A stretch of DNA of 64,000 nucleotides. Origin: an uncultured Acidimicrobiaceae bacterium. GTDB lineage: Bacteria; Actinomycetota; Acidimicrobiia; Acidimicrobiales; RAAP-2. The stretch spans positions 76,348 to 140,347 of the forward strand of contig CAVWFT010000003.1 of the NCBI GenBank assembly GCA_963754445.1. The letters run 5' to 3'. This document shows positions 31,099 through 40,130 of the stretch, piece after piece. Every line of letters starts with the position of its first letter. Position 1 is the first letter of the stretch. The notes beneath the pieces are model-generated. The model worked only from the letters and a program-made list of their open reading frames with translations. It had not been told where the DNA came from and searched no databases. Position numbers and translations under genes: made by a program.

Positions 31099-31937
31099 GA
31101 GGTCTCACTCTCCCCTGGTGCCATGATGACGACGTCGACGCGTCGGTTTTCGGCCATGTTCTGGGGGGATGTGTTGGGGGCGGCGGGGCGAGTCTGACCG
31201 AAACCGACGACTGCGAGCCGGTCCGGATTGATGTTGTCCACGCTGGTGAGGCGCTCGACCACGTGGACCGCACGTTCGGCCGAGAGCTCCCAGTTCGAGG
31301 CGTAGGGGCCGCCGTAGATCGCCTGGTCGTCGGTGTAACCCTGGACGGCTGCGTTGTTGGTGTTCGCCGCGAGGACCGAGGCGATCGTGTCGACCACCTT
31401 GTCGCCGACCGTGCCGAGGGAGGCCGAGTCGAGCGTGTAGAAGACCTGGTCGCTGAGGATCGACACCACGAGCTCCGACGTGTTCGGCGCTGTGGGCGAG
31501 GAGGTCTGGTTGATCGAGGCGTCGGAGCCCAGACCCGCGGTGGCCAGGGCCGTCTTGAGCTCGGCCTGGATCTGGTTGAGCGACTGGCTCCCGGCGGGCA
31601 CGGCGGTGCTGGTCGACGAGGAGGAGCCACTGGCTCCCGAGGTGCTGTTCTGGCCCGACGGCTGCTGATGCAGACCCTGCACCTGCCCCGTGTGGTCGAC
31701 CAGGCTGTTGTGCTCGAGCAGGCCCGTATCGTTCTTGACCACCGTGGTGTGTCCCGAAAAGGTGTCGCGCAGGGCCTGGGCCAGCGCGGTGAACTTCTTC
31801 GTGCTGATGGTGCTCAGGGCGAAGAGCACGACGAAGAGCGCCAACAGGAGCGTGATCATGTCGGCGTAGGTGAGGAGCCAACGCTCCATACCGCCCTCCG
31901 CCTCCTCGGGCTCCTCTTGATGCTCCCGCCTGGCCAT
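31095..31937 (-). CDS. motB: Flagellar stator protein MotB
   Basis: WLLTYADMITLLLALFVVLF plug/TM region and an OmpA-like C-terminus (NRRVDVVI). Confidence 0.9.
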   Translation of the reverse strand: MARREHQEEPEEAEGGMERWLLTYADMITLLLALFVVLFALSTISTKKFTALAQALRDTFSGHTTVVKNDTGLLEHNSLVDHTGQVQGLHQQPSGQNSTSGASGSSSSTSTAVPAGSQSLNQIQAELKTALATAGLGSDASINQTSSPTAPNTSELVVSILSDQVFYTLDSASLGTVGDKVVDTIASVLAANTNNAAVQGYTDDQAIYGGPYASNWELSAERAVHVVERLTSVDNINPDRLAVVGFGQTRPAAPNTSPQNMAENRRVDVVIMAPGESETS

Positions 31938-32722
31938 CAGGCTGCTTTCTGCGGCGCGCGGACTTCGTCCCGATCCTTGGGCGGCAGGTAGGACAGCAGC
32001 TTGGACTGCACCATGCGCGGGCTGTTGCCGGCCTGGATGGCCAAGATGCCGTCCATGACGAGGCGGCGCCCCTGTGCTTCCTGTTCACTCGCTCGCTTGA
32101 GCTTGTTCGAGATCGGGAGCCAGAAGAGGTTGGCCGAGAGCACGCCCCACAGCGTGGCGGTGAACGCCTCGGCGATAGCCGGGCCGAGAACCTGCGGGTT
32201 CGACAGGTTGGCCAGCACGTGGATCAGACCGATGACCGTGCCCAAGATGCCGAGGGTGGGGGCGAAGCCGCCCATGTCGGCGAAGAATTTCACGCCCGCC
32301 TTGTGTCGCTGCTGGAGCGAGTGGATCTCGCCGTCGAGGATCTCACGGATCTCCTCGGGGTCGTTGCCATCGACGGTCATCTCGATCCCGCGCTTGAAGA
32401 AGGGATCCTCGACCTCCGCTCCGGCCTTCTCGAGGGCGAGCAAGCCCTCGCGCCGGGCCACCTCGGCCAGCTCGATCAATCGCCCGATGTCCTCGTTCAT
32501 ATCCTTGGGCGTTCCGCCGATGGCCTGCGAGAACGCTCCCTTGAAGCCCTTGACGTCGCTCTTCATGTAGCCGGCCACGGCGACGCACGTGGTGCCGCCG
32601 AAGCAGAGCAACAGGGGCGCCGGCTTGAAGAGCACCATCGGGTTGGAGCCCTCCAAGAACATGGAGACGAAGACGCAGCCAAGGGCACCGAGGATGGCGA
32701 AAAGCGTGAAGCGGTCTTTCAT
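31937..32722 (-). CDS. motA: Flagellar stator protein MotA
   Basis: Four-TM MotA/TolQ/ExbB-type protein of 261 aa. One-nt overlap with motB. Confidence 0.9.
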   Translation of the reverse strand: MKDRFTLFAILGALGCVFVSMFLEGSNPMVLFKPAPLLLCFGGTTCVAVAGYMKSDVKGFKGAFSQAIGGTPKDMNEDIGRLIELAEVARREGLLALEKAGAEVEDPFFKRGIEMTVDGNDPEEIREILDGEIHSLQQRHKAGVKFFADMGGFAPTLGILGTVIGLIHVLANLSNPQVLGPAIAEAFTATLWGVLSANLFWLPISNKLKRASEQEAQGRRLVMDGILAIQAGNSPRMVQSKLLSYLPPKDRDEVRAPQKAA

Positions 32723-32731
32723 GGCTGGGCC

Positions 32732-33187
32732 TCAGACTCCCGGGGTCCGGGCGTCCGGCGACGTCGACTCCGTGTTGGTGGTGGGATCGGAGGCGCCGGC
32801 GTCGGCTCCGTTCGCTGCAGGTTCGATCGGCGCGGCCTCGTCCCCGCGGGCAACCGCGCGCAGGGGAACCGGCCGGGTGGAGCTCATGGCGGTGTGGTCG
32901 TAGACCTCGTGGCGGTCCACGACAGGTCCTTTGGTGGATCCACGCACCACGCGCAGGCGTGATTCGCCTTCGTTGGCGTCTTCCTCGAAGACCAGACGAT
33001 GGGACAGGGCGAGCACGGAGGCCCGGAACAGGCGGATGGCGTCGATCAACTCGTCCACGGACTCGGCCACGACGAACTTGGAGCCGTCGGCCATCGTGAG
33101 CACCACGTCGGGTGTGATGTCGGCGCGCTCGATGCGATCTGGGTTGATCGCGACCTTCTCGCCGTTAAGTCTCGTAAGTGGAATCAT
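32732..33187 (-). CDS. flbD: Flagellar protein FlbD with a C-terminal extension of about 80 aa
   Basis: MIPLTRLNGEKVAINPDRIERADITPDVVLTMADGSKFVVAESVDELIDAI is the FlbD signature. Confidence 0.85.
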   Translation of the reverse strand: MIPLTRLNGEKVAINPDRIERADITPDVVLTMADGSKFVVAESVDELIDAIRLFRASVLALSHRLVFEEDANEGESRLRVVRGSTKGPVVDRHEVYDHTAMSSTRPVPLRAVARGDEAAPIEPAANGADAGASDPTTNTESTSPDARTPGV

Positions 33188-33277
33188 CGCGTCCGTGCCT
33201 GCCTGGTCATGCATCCGTGCCAACCACGGGCAAAGGACCGCTCCCTAACCGAGCGGATGGTCCCTGCCGCTGCCGTG

Positions 33278-33305
33278 GTATCGGAGGCCTGCCAAAGCGA
33301 CTTGA
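33278..33305 (-). promoter_or_regulatory. Sigma-28-type promoter candidate for flbD-motAB-fliL: TCAA-N16-TCCGATAC
   Basis: Minus strand reads TCAAGTCGCTTTGGCAGGCCTCCGATAC, followed 9 nt later by GGCAGGGA. Confidence 0.5.
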
Positions 33306-33436
33306 GGATGCCGCCACGCCAGCGCGAACTGTGACGGCAAATTGTCTGGTGGTTGTGACCTTCGGCACAAAAAGAGTCCAATGGCCCCCTCGGAATGGCC
33401 GTAGGTCCCTACCGCCCGGCACACAGCTGAGTCACA

Positions 33437-36193
33437 ATGAGGCAACTCGAATTCGTTCGACGGGGGACTACGTCCAGGATGTCCATAGATACCGGCGGCC
33501 CGCGGGTACGCCAGCGTGCGGACGGAAGCCATTGGCCGCTCGTCGGTCGAGCGCGTGAGATCTCCCTACTGAGGGAGGCCATATCGGACCGGCGCGGCGC
33601 GGTGATCAGCGGACCGGCCGGCGTCGGCAAGACCGCCCTGGCCTCGGTGGGTGTGGCCTTCGCACGGGACCAGGGCATGGCGGTCACCGCCGTTGCCGGG
33701 ACGAGGTCCTCGCGCCCATATCCCTTCGGTGCCTTCGGATCCCTGCTGGCCCACGAATCGGCTCCTCGGGCCGTCGGCCCCGAATCCTTCGCCGAGCTGC
33801 TGCGTCATTACACGCGCCAGCTGCTCGAAGATGCCGATGGCCGTCCGTTGCTGGTCTTCGTCGACGACGCTCACCTGCTCGACGACGGTTCGGCCATGCT
33901 CGTCCACCAGCTCTCGCAGACCGGTTCGGCCACCATCCTGGCCTGCATTCTCACGGCCGGCCGGGCGCGGCCTCCGGCGGCGGATTCGATGGTCGTGCTG
34001 TGGAAGGACCACCTGGCCCGACGCATCGAGCTGGTGCCGCTCGACGAGCAGGCGATGGAGGATCTCCTCCTGACGGTGCTCGGCGGACCGGTCGACGCGT
34101 TGAGCATGCGCCAGATCGCCGGGCGCTCGCAGGGCGATCCGCTCATCCTGCGCGAGCTGGTCGAAGGGGCCGTCGCCGCCGGCACCCTCCTCGATGAGAA
34201 CGGGGTGTGGCGTCAGCGCGGACCGCTGCAACCGACTGCCCGGCTGGGTGAGCTGGTCGCCATGCGGTTGGGCGAGGTCACCGAGGACGAGCGCCACGTC
34301 CTCGAGCTCACGGCGCTCGGAGAGCCCCTGGCCCAACCGGCCCTCGACGAGCTGGCCGACGCCGCCGCCGTGGAGTCGCTCGAGGACCGGGGCATTCTCA
34401 CCAGCCGGATGGACGGGCGCCGTCTCCAGGTGCGTCTGGCCCACCCGGTCTACGGCGACGTCATCCGACAGGGCATCAGTCCTCGGCGGGAGCGGGCCCT
34501 GGCCCGGGCCCTGGCTGAGGCGTCGGGCGGACGCCGCCAAGAGGACACTCTCCTCCTGGCATCGCTGCGCCTCGTCGGCGGCGGCGGCAGCCCCGAATTG
34601 CTCCTGGCCGGAGCCCAGGCGGCACGCGCCCGGCGTGACTTCGAGCTGACCGAGCGCATGGCCCGGGCTGCCATCGAGAGCGGCGCGGGGTTCGATGCCC
34701 GGTTGCTGGCCGCCGAAGCGGCGCACAACAGGGGCCGACACGCCCAGGCCGAGACGGAGCTGGCGACCCTGGCCTTGGGGGCGGAGACGGTCTCGGAGTC
34801 CGTCCGCGTCGCTCTCATGCGCTTCGACCACGAGTTCTTCAGCACGGGCACGGCTGATGTCTCGACGATCGAGGACCTCTTGTTGACCGACATCGAGCCC
34901 ACGTGGCGCGACGAGCTGCTGGCCCGCCGGCTGATCCTCGACGGTCTCCAACGCGGTCCGCGTGCCGTCATCGAGGCCGTGCCGTTTCCGCTCGAGCGCG
35001 CCCCCGGCGAACCGCGGACCAGCCTCCATGCCGTCCTGGGCGACAGCCTGACCCGCGCCGGCACGTTGACCCGGGCCCTGCGCCTCCTGGCCCCGACCAC
35101 CCCGGTACTTCCGGGGTCGGCGTCCGGCGGCGGACTCAGCGACGGCACCGATCCGGCCGGTCAGCAGGCCCGCTCGGAAATGTGGGGATCGTTCGGCACC
35201 CACGGTCTCGCCCTGATCGGACTGGGCCGCCTGCGCGAGGTCGAAGAACTGTTGGCCTCTGCCCGGGACGAAATGGCCTTCAATCCCGGTTCGCTCGAAA
35301 GTGCGGTGGTCGCGGCGAACCTCGCAGCGTTGCGTCTCGAGCAGGGTCGGGTTCAGAGCTCCTTCCTGCAGGCGACGAGTGCCTCCGCCATCTTCATGGA
35401 CCTCGACCTCCCCGTCTCCGCTCGCTGGTGCTTCGCCCACACGGCGTTGGCCCTGGCGCTGGCCGGTGTCGCCGGCAAGGCCGCCGAGACCCTGGCCGAA
35501 CTCGACGCCCTCCGTCTGCCCACGGACATGGAGTACGAGGTCGAGGTCCTCCAGGCGCGGGCCTGGGCCTGGGCCGCTGCAGGCGACATGGGCACGGCCC
35601 GAAAGAACCTCGAAGTGGCCGTTGAGCTGGGGCGGGAGGTGGGCGACCTCCTCGGCGCCACCAAGGCGCTGCACGGACTGGCCCGGGTGGGACGGGCCCG
35701 TCAGGTCGCCGACCAGATGGGTGAGCTGGCCGAACAGGTCGAGGGTGACTTCACCCAGGCTCGCTTCGCGTACACCCTGGCCGCAGCAGCCAAGGACAGC
35801 CGCTCCCTCGAGGACGCCGCCGGCCGCTTCGAGGATCTCGGCGCCCTCCTCTACGCCGCCGAAGCCCTCGGCGAGTCGGCGGTCCATTCCCGCCGTGACG
35901 GCAAGACCCGAGAAGCAGCTGCGTCCCAGCAGCGCGCCGCCCGACTGCTCTCCCGGTGCGAGGGGGCCGTGACCCCGTTCGTTCGGGCCATCGGCGCCCG
36001 GGCGCAGCTCACCCCCGCCGAACTGGACACGGCTTTGCAGGCGGCGACCGGGAGCACCGACAAGCAGATTGCCGAGATGATGCATCTCTCGGTCCGGACG
36101 GTCGAGAACCGCCTCCACCGGGCCTACCAAAAACTCGGCCTCTCGCATCGGCGCGAGCTGGCCGACGCCCTGCGCGATCTGCCCGGCACGTGA
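33437..36193 (+). CDS. Large ATP-binding LuxR-family (LAL/MalT-like) transcriptional regulator
   Basis: Walker A (GPAGVGKTAL), a long helical/TPR-like middle and a C-terminal LuxR HTH (DKQIAEMMHLSVRTVENRLHRAYQKLG). Start uncertain; ATG 33479 is an alternative. Confidence 0.85.
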   Translation: MRQLEFVRRGTTSRMSIDTGGPRVRQRADGSHWPLVGRAREISLLREAISDRRGAVISGPAGVGKTALASVGVAFARDQGMAVTAVAGTRSSRPYPFGAFGSLLAHESAPRAVGPESFAELLRHYTRQLLEDADGRPLLVFVDDAHLLDDGSAMLVHQLSQTGSATILACILTAGRARPPAADSMVVLWKDHLARRIELVPLDEQAMEDLLLTVLGGPVDALSMRQIAGRSQGDPLILRELVEGAVAAGTLLDENGVWRQRGPLQPTARLGELVAMRLGEVTEDERHVLELTALGEPLAQPALDELADAAAVESLEDRGILTSRMDGRRLQVRLAHPVYGDVIRQGISPRRERALARALAEASGGRRQEDTLLLASLRLVGGGGSPELLLAGAQAARARRDFELTERMARAAIESGAGFDARLLAAEAAHNRGRHAQAETELATLALGAETVSESVRVALMRFDHEFFSTGTADVSTIEDLLLTDIEPTWRDELLARRLILDGLQRGPRAVIEAVPFPLERAPGEPRTSLHAVLGDSLTRAGTLTRALRLLAPTTPVLPGSASGGGLSDGTDPAGQQARSEMWGSFGTHGLALIGLGRLREVEELLASARDEMAFNPGSLESAVVAANLAALRLEQGRVQSSFLQATSASAIFMDLDLPVSARWCFAHTALALALAGVAGKAAETLAELDALRLPTDMEYEVEVLQARAWAWAAAGDMGTARKNLEVAVELGREVGDLLGATKALHGLARVGRARQVADQMGELAEQVEGDFTQARFAYTLAAAAKDSRSLEDAAGRFEDLGALLYAAEALGESAVHSRRDGKTREAAASQQRAARLLSRCEGAVTPFVRAIGARAQLTPAELDTALQAATGSTDKQIAEMMHLSVRTVENRLHRAYQKLGLSHRRELADALRDLPGT

Positions 36194-36236
36194 AGCCCGC
36201 TGAGAGCAGCCCTCGAACGGTCATGCGAAAACGAGA

Positions 36237-36254
36237 ACGTGTTGCAAAACACGT
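36237..36254. promoter_or_regulatory. Inverted repeat ACGTGTT-gcaa-AACACGT upstream of the MarR/GbsR-type gene (operator candidate)
   Basis: Perfect 7-bp arms read directly. Confidence 0.4.
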
Positions 36255-36263
36255 GCGGTTCGC

Positions 36264-36851
36264 ATGCCCTACGATCCCGTTGTACTTTCACTGGATACTG
36301 AAATCTGTGGGTACTCCCCGTTGACCGAATCCCCGAATGAGTTGGATTGGCGCCACCGCTTTGTCGAGGACATGGGCGGTCTGGTCCTCGTCCATGGCGC
36401 ACCGAGGGCGCTCATGCGCGTCCTCGGTTGGATGGTCGTGTGTGAGCCGGCCGAGCAGACGGCGACGGACGTCCAGGACACCCTGGGCCTTTCCGCCGGG
36501 AGCGTGTCGACCGCGCTGCGCCTCCTCGGCGAGATCGGCCTGACCGAGCGGGTGAATCGGCCCGGCGATCGACGGATCTTCTACCAGTTGAGCACCGAAG
36601 GCTGGGAGCTCGTCCTCCAGCAGCGCTTCCGGGCCTTCACCGAGATCCGGGAAGTGGCCGACAAGGCCATCGCCGCCAGCGGACCCGACGCCAACGACCG
36701 GCTGCACGAAATGCGCGACACCTGGGCCTTCATGGAGTCGAGTGGCACCCAGCTGCTCGCCGCCAGCCGGGCCCGCCGCAACGGCCCCCCGGCGCCCCAG
36801 CAACAAGCGGCCTCGTCGTCCACCATGACGCAACCGCAGACCGAGGCCTGA
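36264..36851 (+). CDS. GbsR/MarR-family transcriptional regulator
   Basis: Winged-helix region (TATDVQDTLGLSAGSVSTALRLLGEIGLTERV). The first ~20 codons have AT-rich third positions, so the true start may be TTG 36321 or 36342. Confidence 0.7.
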   Translation: MPYDPVVLSLDTEICGYSPLTESPNELDWRHRFVEDMGGLVLVHGAPRALMRVLGWMVVCEPAEQTATDVQDTLGLSAGSVSTALRLLGEIGLTERVNRPGDRRIFYQLSTEGWELVLQQRFRAFTEIREVADKAIAASGPDANDRLHEMRDTWAFMESSGTQLLAASRARRNGPPAPQQQAASSSTMTQPQTEA

Positions 36852-36858
36852 GTCCCGA

Positions 36859-37443
36859 CTAGCGCGTCGCCTCCCAGGCCGCCCAGCCCGCCAGAGCGAA
36901 CAGGATGACCGCCGTGGCGATGCGAATGGTTGCGATGTTCACCAGCCGCAGAATGCTCTGCCCGCTGACGACGGCGAGCCCGGCAACCGCCCACAGAGCC
37001 AGCACGGCACCCACCGCCACCGACAGTGGGTCGTGGTAGTGGGCGGCCAGGTTGGCAGTCAGGATCTGGGTCAGGTCACCCCACTCGGCCAGGAAGATGA
37101 CGAGGAAGGCCGTCATTGCCACGCGATGGTGCGATCCGGCCTCCTTCTCCACCAGCTCCTCCTCCTGGCGCTCCTTGACGGCTTCGCGCAGAGCGAGGAC
37201 GGCGCCGATGGCGAACATCACGGCGACGATGATCTCGAGAGCACGATGCGGCAGCAGGTGGAAGAGGGCGACACCGATCGTCACCGCGATCACGACGTGG
37301 ATTGCGAAGCCGGCTGCGGCCCCGAGCCAGACCATCAAGGGTTTCCCGCGGGTCGACAGCACCAGAGAGGCGAACATCGTCTTGTCGGGCAGCTCGCCCA
37401 GGAAGATGATCGGAAAGACGGCGAGGATGACACCGATTTGCAA
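36859..37443 (-). CDS. UPF0016/GDT1/TMEM165-family cation (Mn/Ca) transporter
   Basis: Two E-x-G-D-(K/L)-T motifs (GELPDKT, AEWGDLT) and six TM segments. TTG 37443 start. Confidence 0.8.
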   Translation of the reverse strand: MQIGVILAVFPIIFLGELPDKTMFASLVLSTRGKPLMVWLGAAAGFAIHVVIAVTIGVALFHLLPHRALEIIVAVMFAIGAVLALREAVKERQEEELVEKEAGSHHRVAMTAFLVIFLAEWGDLTQILTANLAAHYHDPLSVAVGAVLALWAVAGLAVVSGQSILRLVNIATIRIATAVILFALAGWAAWEATR

Positions 37444-37561
37444 CGGGGGCCTTTCTGTCGGGATCGAACGTACCGCGCCGGCCGGTCGGTCCGACCGTCG
37501 GCGCTCCTCGATCCGCGCTGATTCAGTGCACGATCGACCCTGGCGGCACGAGTGAAGCGGA

Positions 37562-38389
37562 TTACTCCCCGGCGGTGGTGGCGTCGAGCAGGGAACGACC
37601 TGTGAGCTCGTAGACGGTCTCGTCGTCCGAGTGCCGCCACAGTTCGAGCAGTTCGTAGGAGACCGGATCGCATCCGTACCGCATCGGACCGGCATGATCG
37701 AGCACCGCATCGACGATGTCGTTCGCCGCCTCGCCCGCAGCGACCACGCGGGGGTCGGCGTACTCCTTGCGGAGCCGGTCGGCCGTGGCGCTGAGTGCCC
37801 GGTAGTGCTCGAAGCGTGCGGCGTCCCCCTCCCCCGTGCTGAGGCGGAACATGTCTGTATCGATCGGCCCCGGCAGGATCTCGACGACTCGGATGCCGAA
37901 CGGGGCGACTTCGGTGCGCAGCGTGTCGTCGAAGGCGGACACCGCCGCCTTGGAGGCCCGGTACGCGGAGAAGAAGGGGACGGACGCGAAGATCGACGAC
38001 GAACTGACCGTGCAGACCACGGCGGGCGCATTCGCCCGCAACAGGGGAATCGCCGCCGAGGTCAGGGCGACGACACCGAAGACGTTCGTCTCGAACATCC
38101 GGCGCCAGTCGTCGACGTTGGCATGCTCCACGGGGAGATAGTCGGTGTCGATGCCGGCGTTGTTGACCAGGACGGTCAGGTCCTCGGGTAACTCGAACGT
38201 GGAGGGATCCGTGACGTCGAGACGCCGGACCTCGAGAGCGCCTTTGGCCTCGGCCAGCATGGACTCGCCCGCCGCCGGATCACGCATGGTGGCCACGGTC
38301 CTGAATCCCCGGGCCGCCAGCTCGAGTGCCACCGCCCGACCGATGCCCCGACTGGCCCCGGTGACGAGGGCGCTGCCGTGCACATCCAT
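37562..38389 (-). CDS. Short-chain dehydrogenase/reductase
   Basis: TGASRGIG cofactor motif and YRASK catalytic motif. Confidence 0.9.
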   Translation of the reverse strand: MDVHGSALVTGASRGIGRAVALELAARGFRTVATMRDPAAGESMLAEAKGALEVRRLDVTDPSTFELPEDLTVLVNNAGIDTDYLPVEHANVDDWRRMFETNVFGVVALTSAAIPLLRANAPAVVCTVSSSSIFASVPFFSAYRASKAAVSAFDDTLRTEVAPFGIRVVEILPGPIDTDMFRLSTGEGDAARFEHYRALSATADRLRKEYADPRVVAAGEAANDIVDAVLDHAGPMRYGCDPVSYELLELWRHSDDETVYELTGRSLLDATTAGE

Positions 38390-38403
38390 GGCCGCACCCG
38401 TGC

Positions 38404-38757
38404 TCACAGGTCGTACGCCGTGGCGTGTCGCGGCTCGTAGAGCAGGACCGTGCCGGCACCGGGCACCTTGAGGCCGATGCCACGCCCGAAGCCACGGCTC
38501 TCGATGTCCCCGTCGAACTGTGCTCCCTTCGTCACGAGCTCGGCCACCGTCTCCTCGATGTCGTCGCACATGAACGAGAGCTCGTGGTGCTCGCCTTCGC
38601 CGCCGGTCGGGTGGACGCCCAGCTCCGAGGGTCCCGTACGGAAGATCAGCCAGCCGTCGTGGCTGTCGACATAGGGCCAGTCGAGGACATCGCGGAAGAA
38701 GGCGCGGGCCGCGTCCGCGTCGTCTGCATGGAGCAGGGCATGCACGCCAGTGATCAT
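38404..38757 (-). CDS. Glyoxalase/VOC-family protein
   Basis: 117 aa with a VOC-like fold pattern (FFRDVLDWPYVDSHDGWLIF...). Confidence 0.8.
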   Translation of the reverse strand: MITGVHALLHADDADAARAFFRDVLDWPYVDSHDGWLIFRTGPSELGVHPTGGEGEHHELSFMCDDIEETVAELVTKGAQFDGDIESRGFGRGIGLKVPGAGTVLLYEPRHATAYDL

Positions 38758-38767
38758 GGTCGAGACA

Positions 38768-40123
38768 CTAGGCCGCGTTCTCGATCTCCTCGTCGGCCAG
38801 GGCCGGCGTCCGGCCGAGGAGATGACGCAGGCATGCCTCGAGCGTGCGGTGCCGGAACGGTTGCCCGGCGTCGATGAGTCGAGCGGGGACGACGCGCTGG
38901 CCGGCCAGGGCGAATTCGTGTGCTGCCTCCCCGCCCAGGAGGAGTCGAGGTCCGATCGACGGCACGGGTAGCAGGGCCGGACGACGAAGGACGCGGGCCA
39001 GCGTCTGCGCGTACTCGCTGTTGCGCACAGGGTTCGGTGCTACGGCATTCACAGGCCCCTCGAGTTCGGCATCCGCGGCACAGCGAGCGATGACGTTGAC
39101 CACGTCGTCGATGCCGATCCACGGCACCCATTGTCGGCCGCCACCGACGGGACCGCCGAGGCCCGAAGCGAACAGCGGCCGGAAGGCGCGCAGGAGCCCG
39201 CCTCTCGGGGACTGCACGATGCCGTTTCGGACGTGCACGACCCGGATCCCCGCCGCGGCGGCCGGTGCCGTTGCCTCCTCCCAGTCGCGTACCAGATCCG
39301 CAAGAAATCCAGACCCCCCGACGCTGTCCTCAGTCAAGAGCTCGTCGCCACGATCCGGTCCGTAGTAACCGACAGCCGAGGCCGTGACCAGAATCCGCGG
39401 TCCGTCCGACATCCCCGCCATGAGCCGGGCCAAGCGACGGGTCGGTTCGACCCGGCTCGAGTGCACGTGCTTCTTGTGTGCCTCGCTGAAGCGACCGGCG
39501 ATGGAGGCACCCGCCAGATGCACCACCGCGTCGACGCCCTCGAGCGAACGGGCATCGGGGGCGTCCGGTTCCCAGCGTCGCTCGCCGGGACCGCTGGGTG
39601 CCTGGCGGACCAGCCGGACCACGTCGTGCCCGCCCGTGCTCAAGAAGGCACAGAGCGCAGCACCGATCAAACCGGACGAGCCGGTCACGGCCACCGTCAT
39701 CGGGTTCGGGCGAAACCGGCTCAGGTGCCGATGCGCGGCGAGATCGCCGGCGAGCTGACGCTGGCGGTAGTGGAACATGTCGTCCAGGAAGGTCGACGGC
39801 AACGGCGTGTCCACGACATCGGTCACCGTGGTCAGTGCCTCGGACAAGGCCTTGAACTCGTGGCGATGCCGCCAGTGCAGGGGCAACGAGACCAACTCGT
39901 CGATGAACAGATGCGGCGGCTCGCACGCCACGTGCTGCGCCACCCAACGCACGCCGCCGGGCAGTCGGAGAACGGCCCGTCCATCACGCAACGAGGTGGC
40001 TTCCTGGACCACCCGCACGGGCTGCCAGGGAGGAGACAACCGATGGATGGCACCTGGTCGCCCGTGCCAGGCGAAGACCTCGTCGATCGGCGAGTCGACC
40101 GTCTGCGATGCACGCAGTCCCAT
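38768..40123 (-). CDS. SRPBCC-domain plus NAD-dependent epimerase-like (TIGR01777/DUF1731-type) fusion protein
   Basis: VAVTGSSGLIGAAL Rossmann motif preceded by a cyclase/SRPBCC-like N-domain. Confidence 0.75.
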   Translation of the reverse strand: MGLRASQTVDSPIDEVFAWHGRPGAIHRLSPPWQPVRVVQEATSLRDGRAVLRLPGGVRWVAQHVACEPPHLFIDELVSLPLHWRHRHEFKALSEALTTVTDVVDTPLPSTFLDDMFHYRQRQLAGDLAAHRHLSRFRPNPMTVAVTGSSGLIGAALCAFLSTGGHDVVRLVRQAPSGPGERRWEPDAPDARSLEGVDAVVHLAGASIAGRFSEAHKKHVHSSRVEPTRRLARLMAGMSDGPRILVTASAVGYYGPDRGDELLTEDSVGGSGFLADLVRDWEEATAPAAAAGIRVVHVRNGIVQSPRGGLLRAFRPLFASGLGGPVGGGRQWVPWIGIDDVVNVIARCAADAELEGPVNAVAPNPVRNSEYAQTLARVLRRPALLPVPSIGPRLLLGGEAAHEFALAGQRVVPARLIDAGQPFRHRTLEACLRHLLGRTPALADEEIENAA

Positions 40124-40130
40124 GCTGGAC

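Noticed and set aside
37444-37572. Possible yybP-ykoY (Mn) riboswitch upstream of the UPF0016 exporter, prompted by GGGGAGUAA and a 3' AAGGCCCCCG that could close a P1 helix
   Set aside because: The GGGGAGTAA is the last two codons plus stop of the upstream SDR gene. I could not find the conserved L3/ACAUA and AGACC elements. The region is better explained as a GC-rich hairpin (GCGCCG...CGGCGC) terminating the SDR gene. Infernal cmsearch with RF00080 would settle it.
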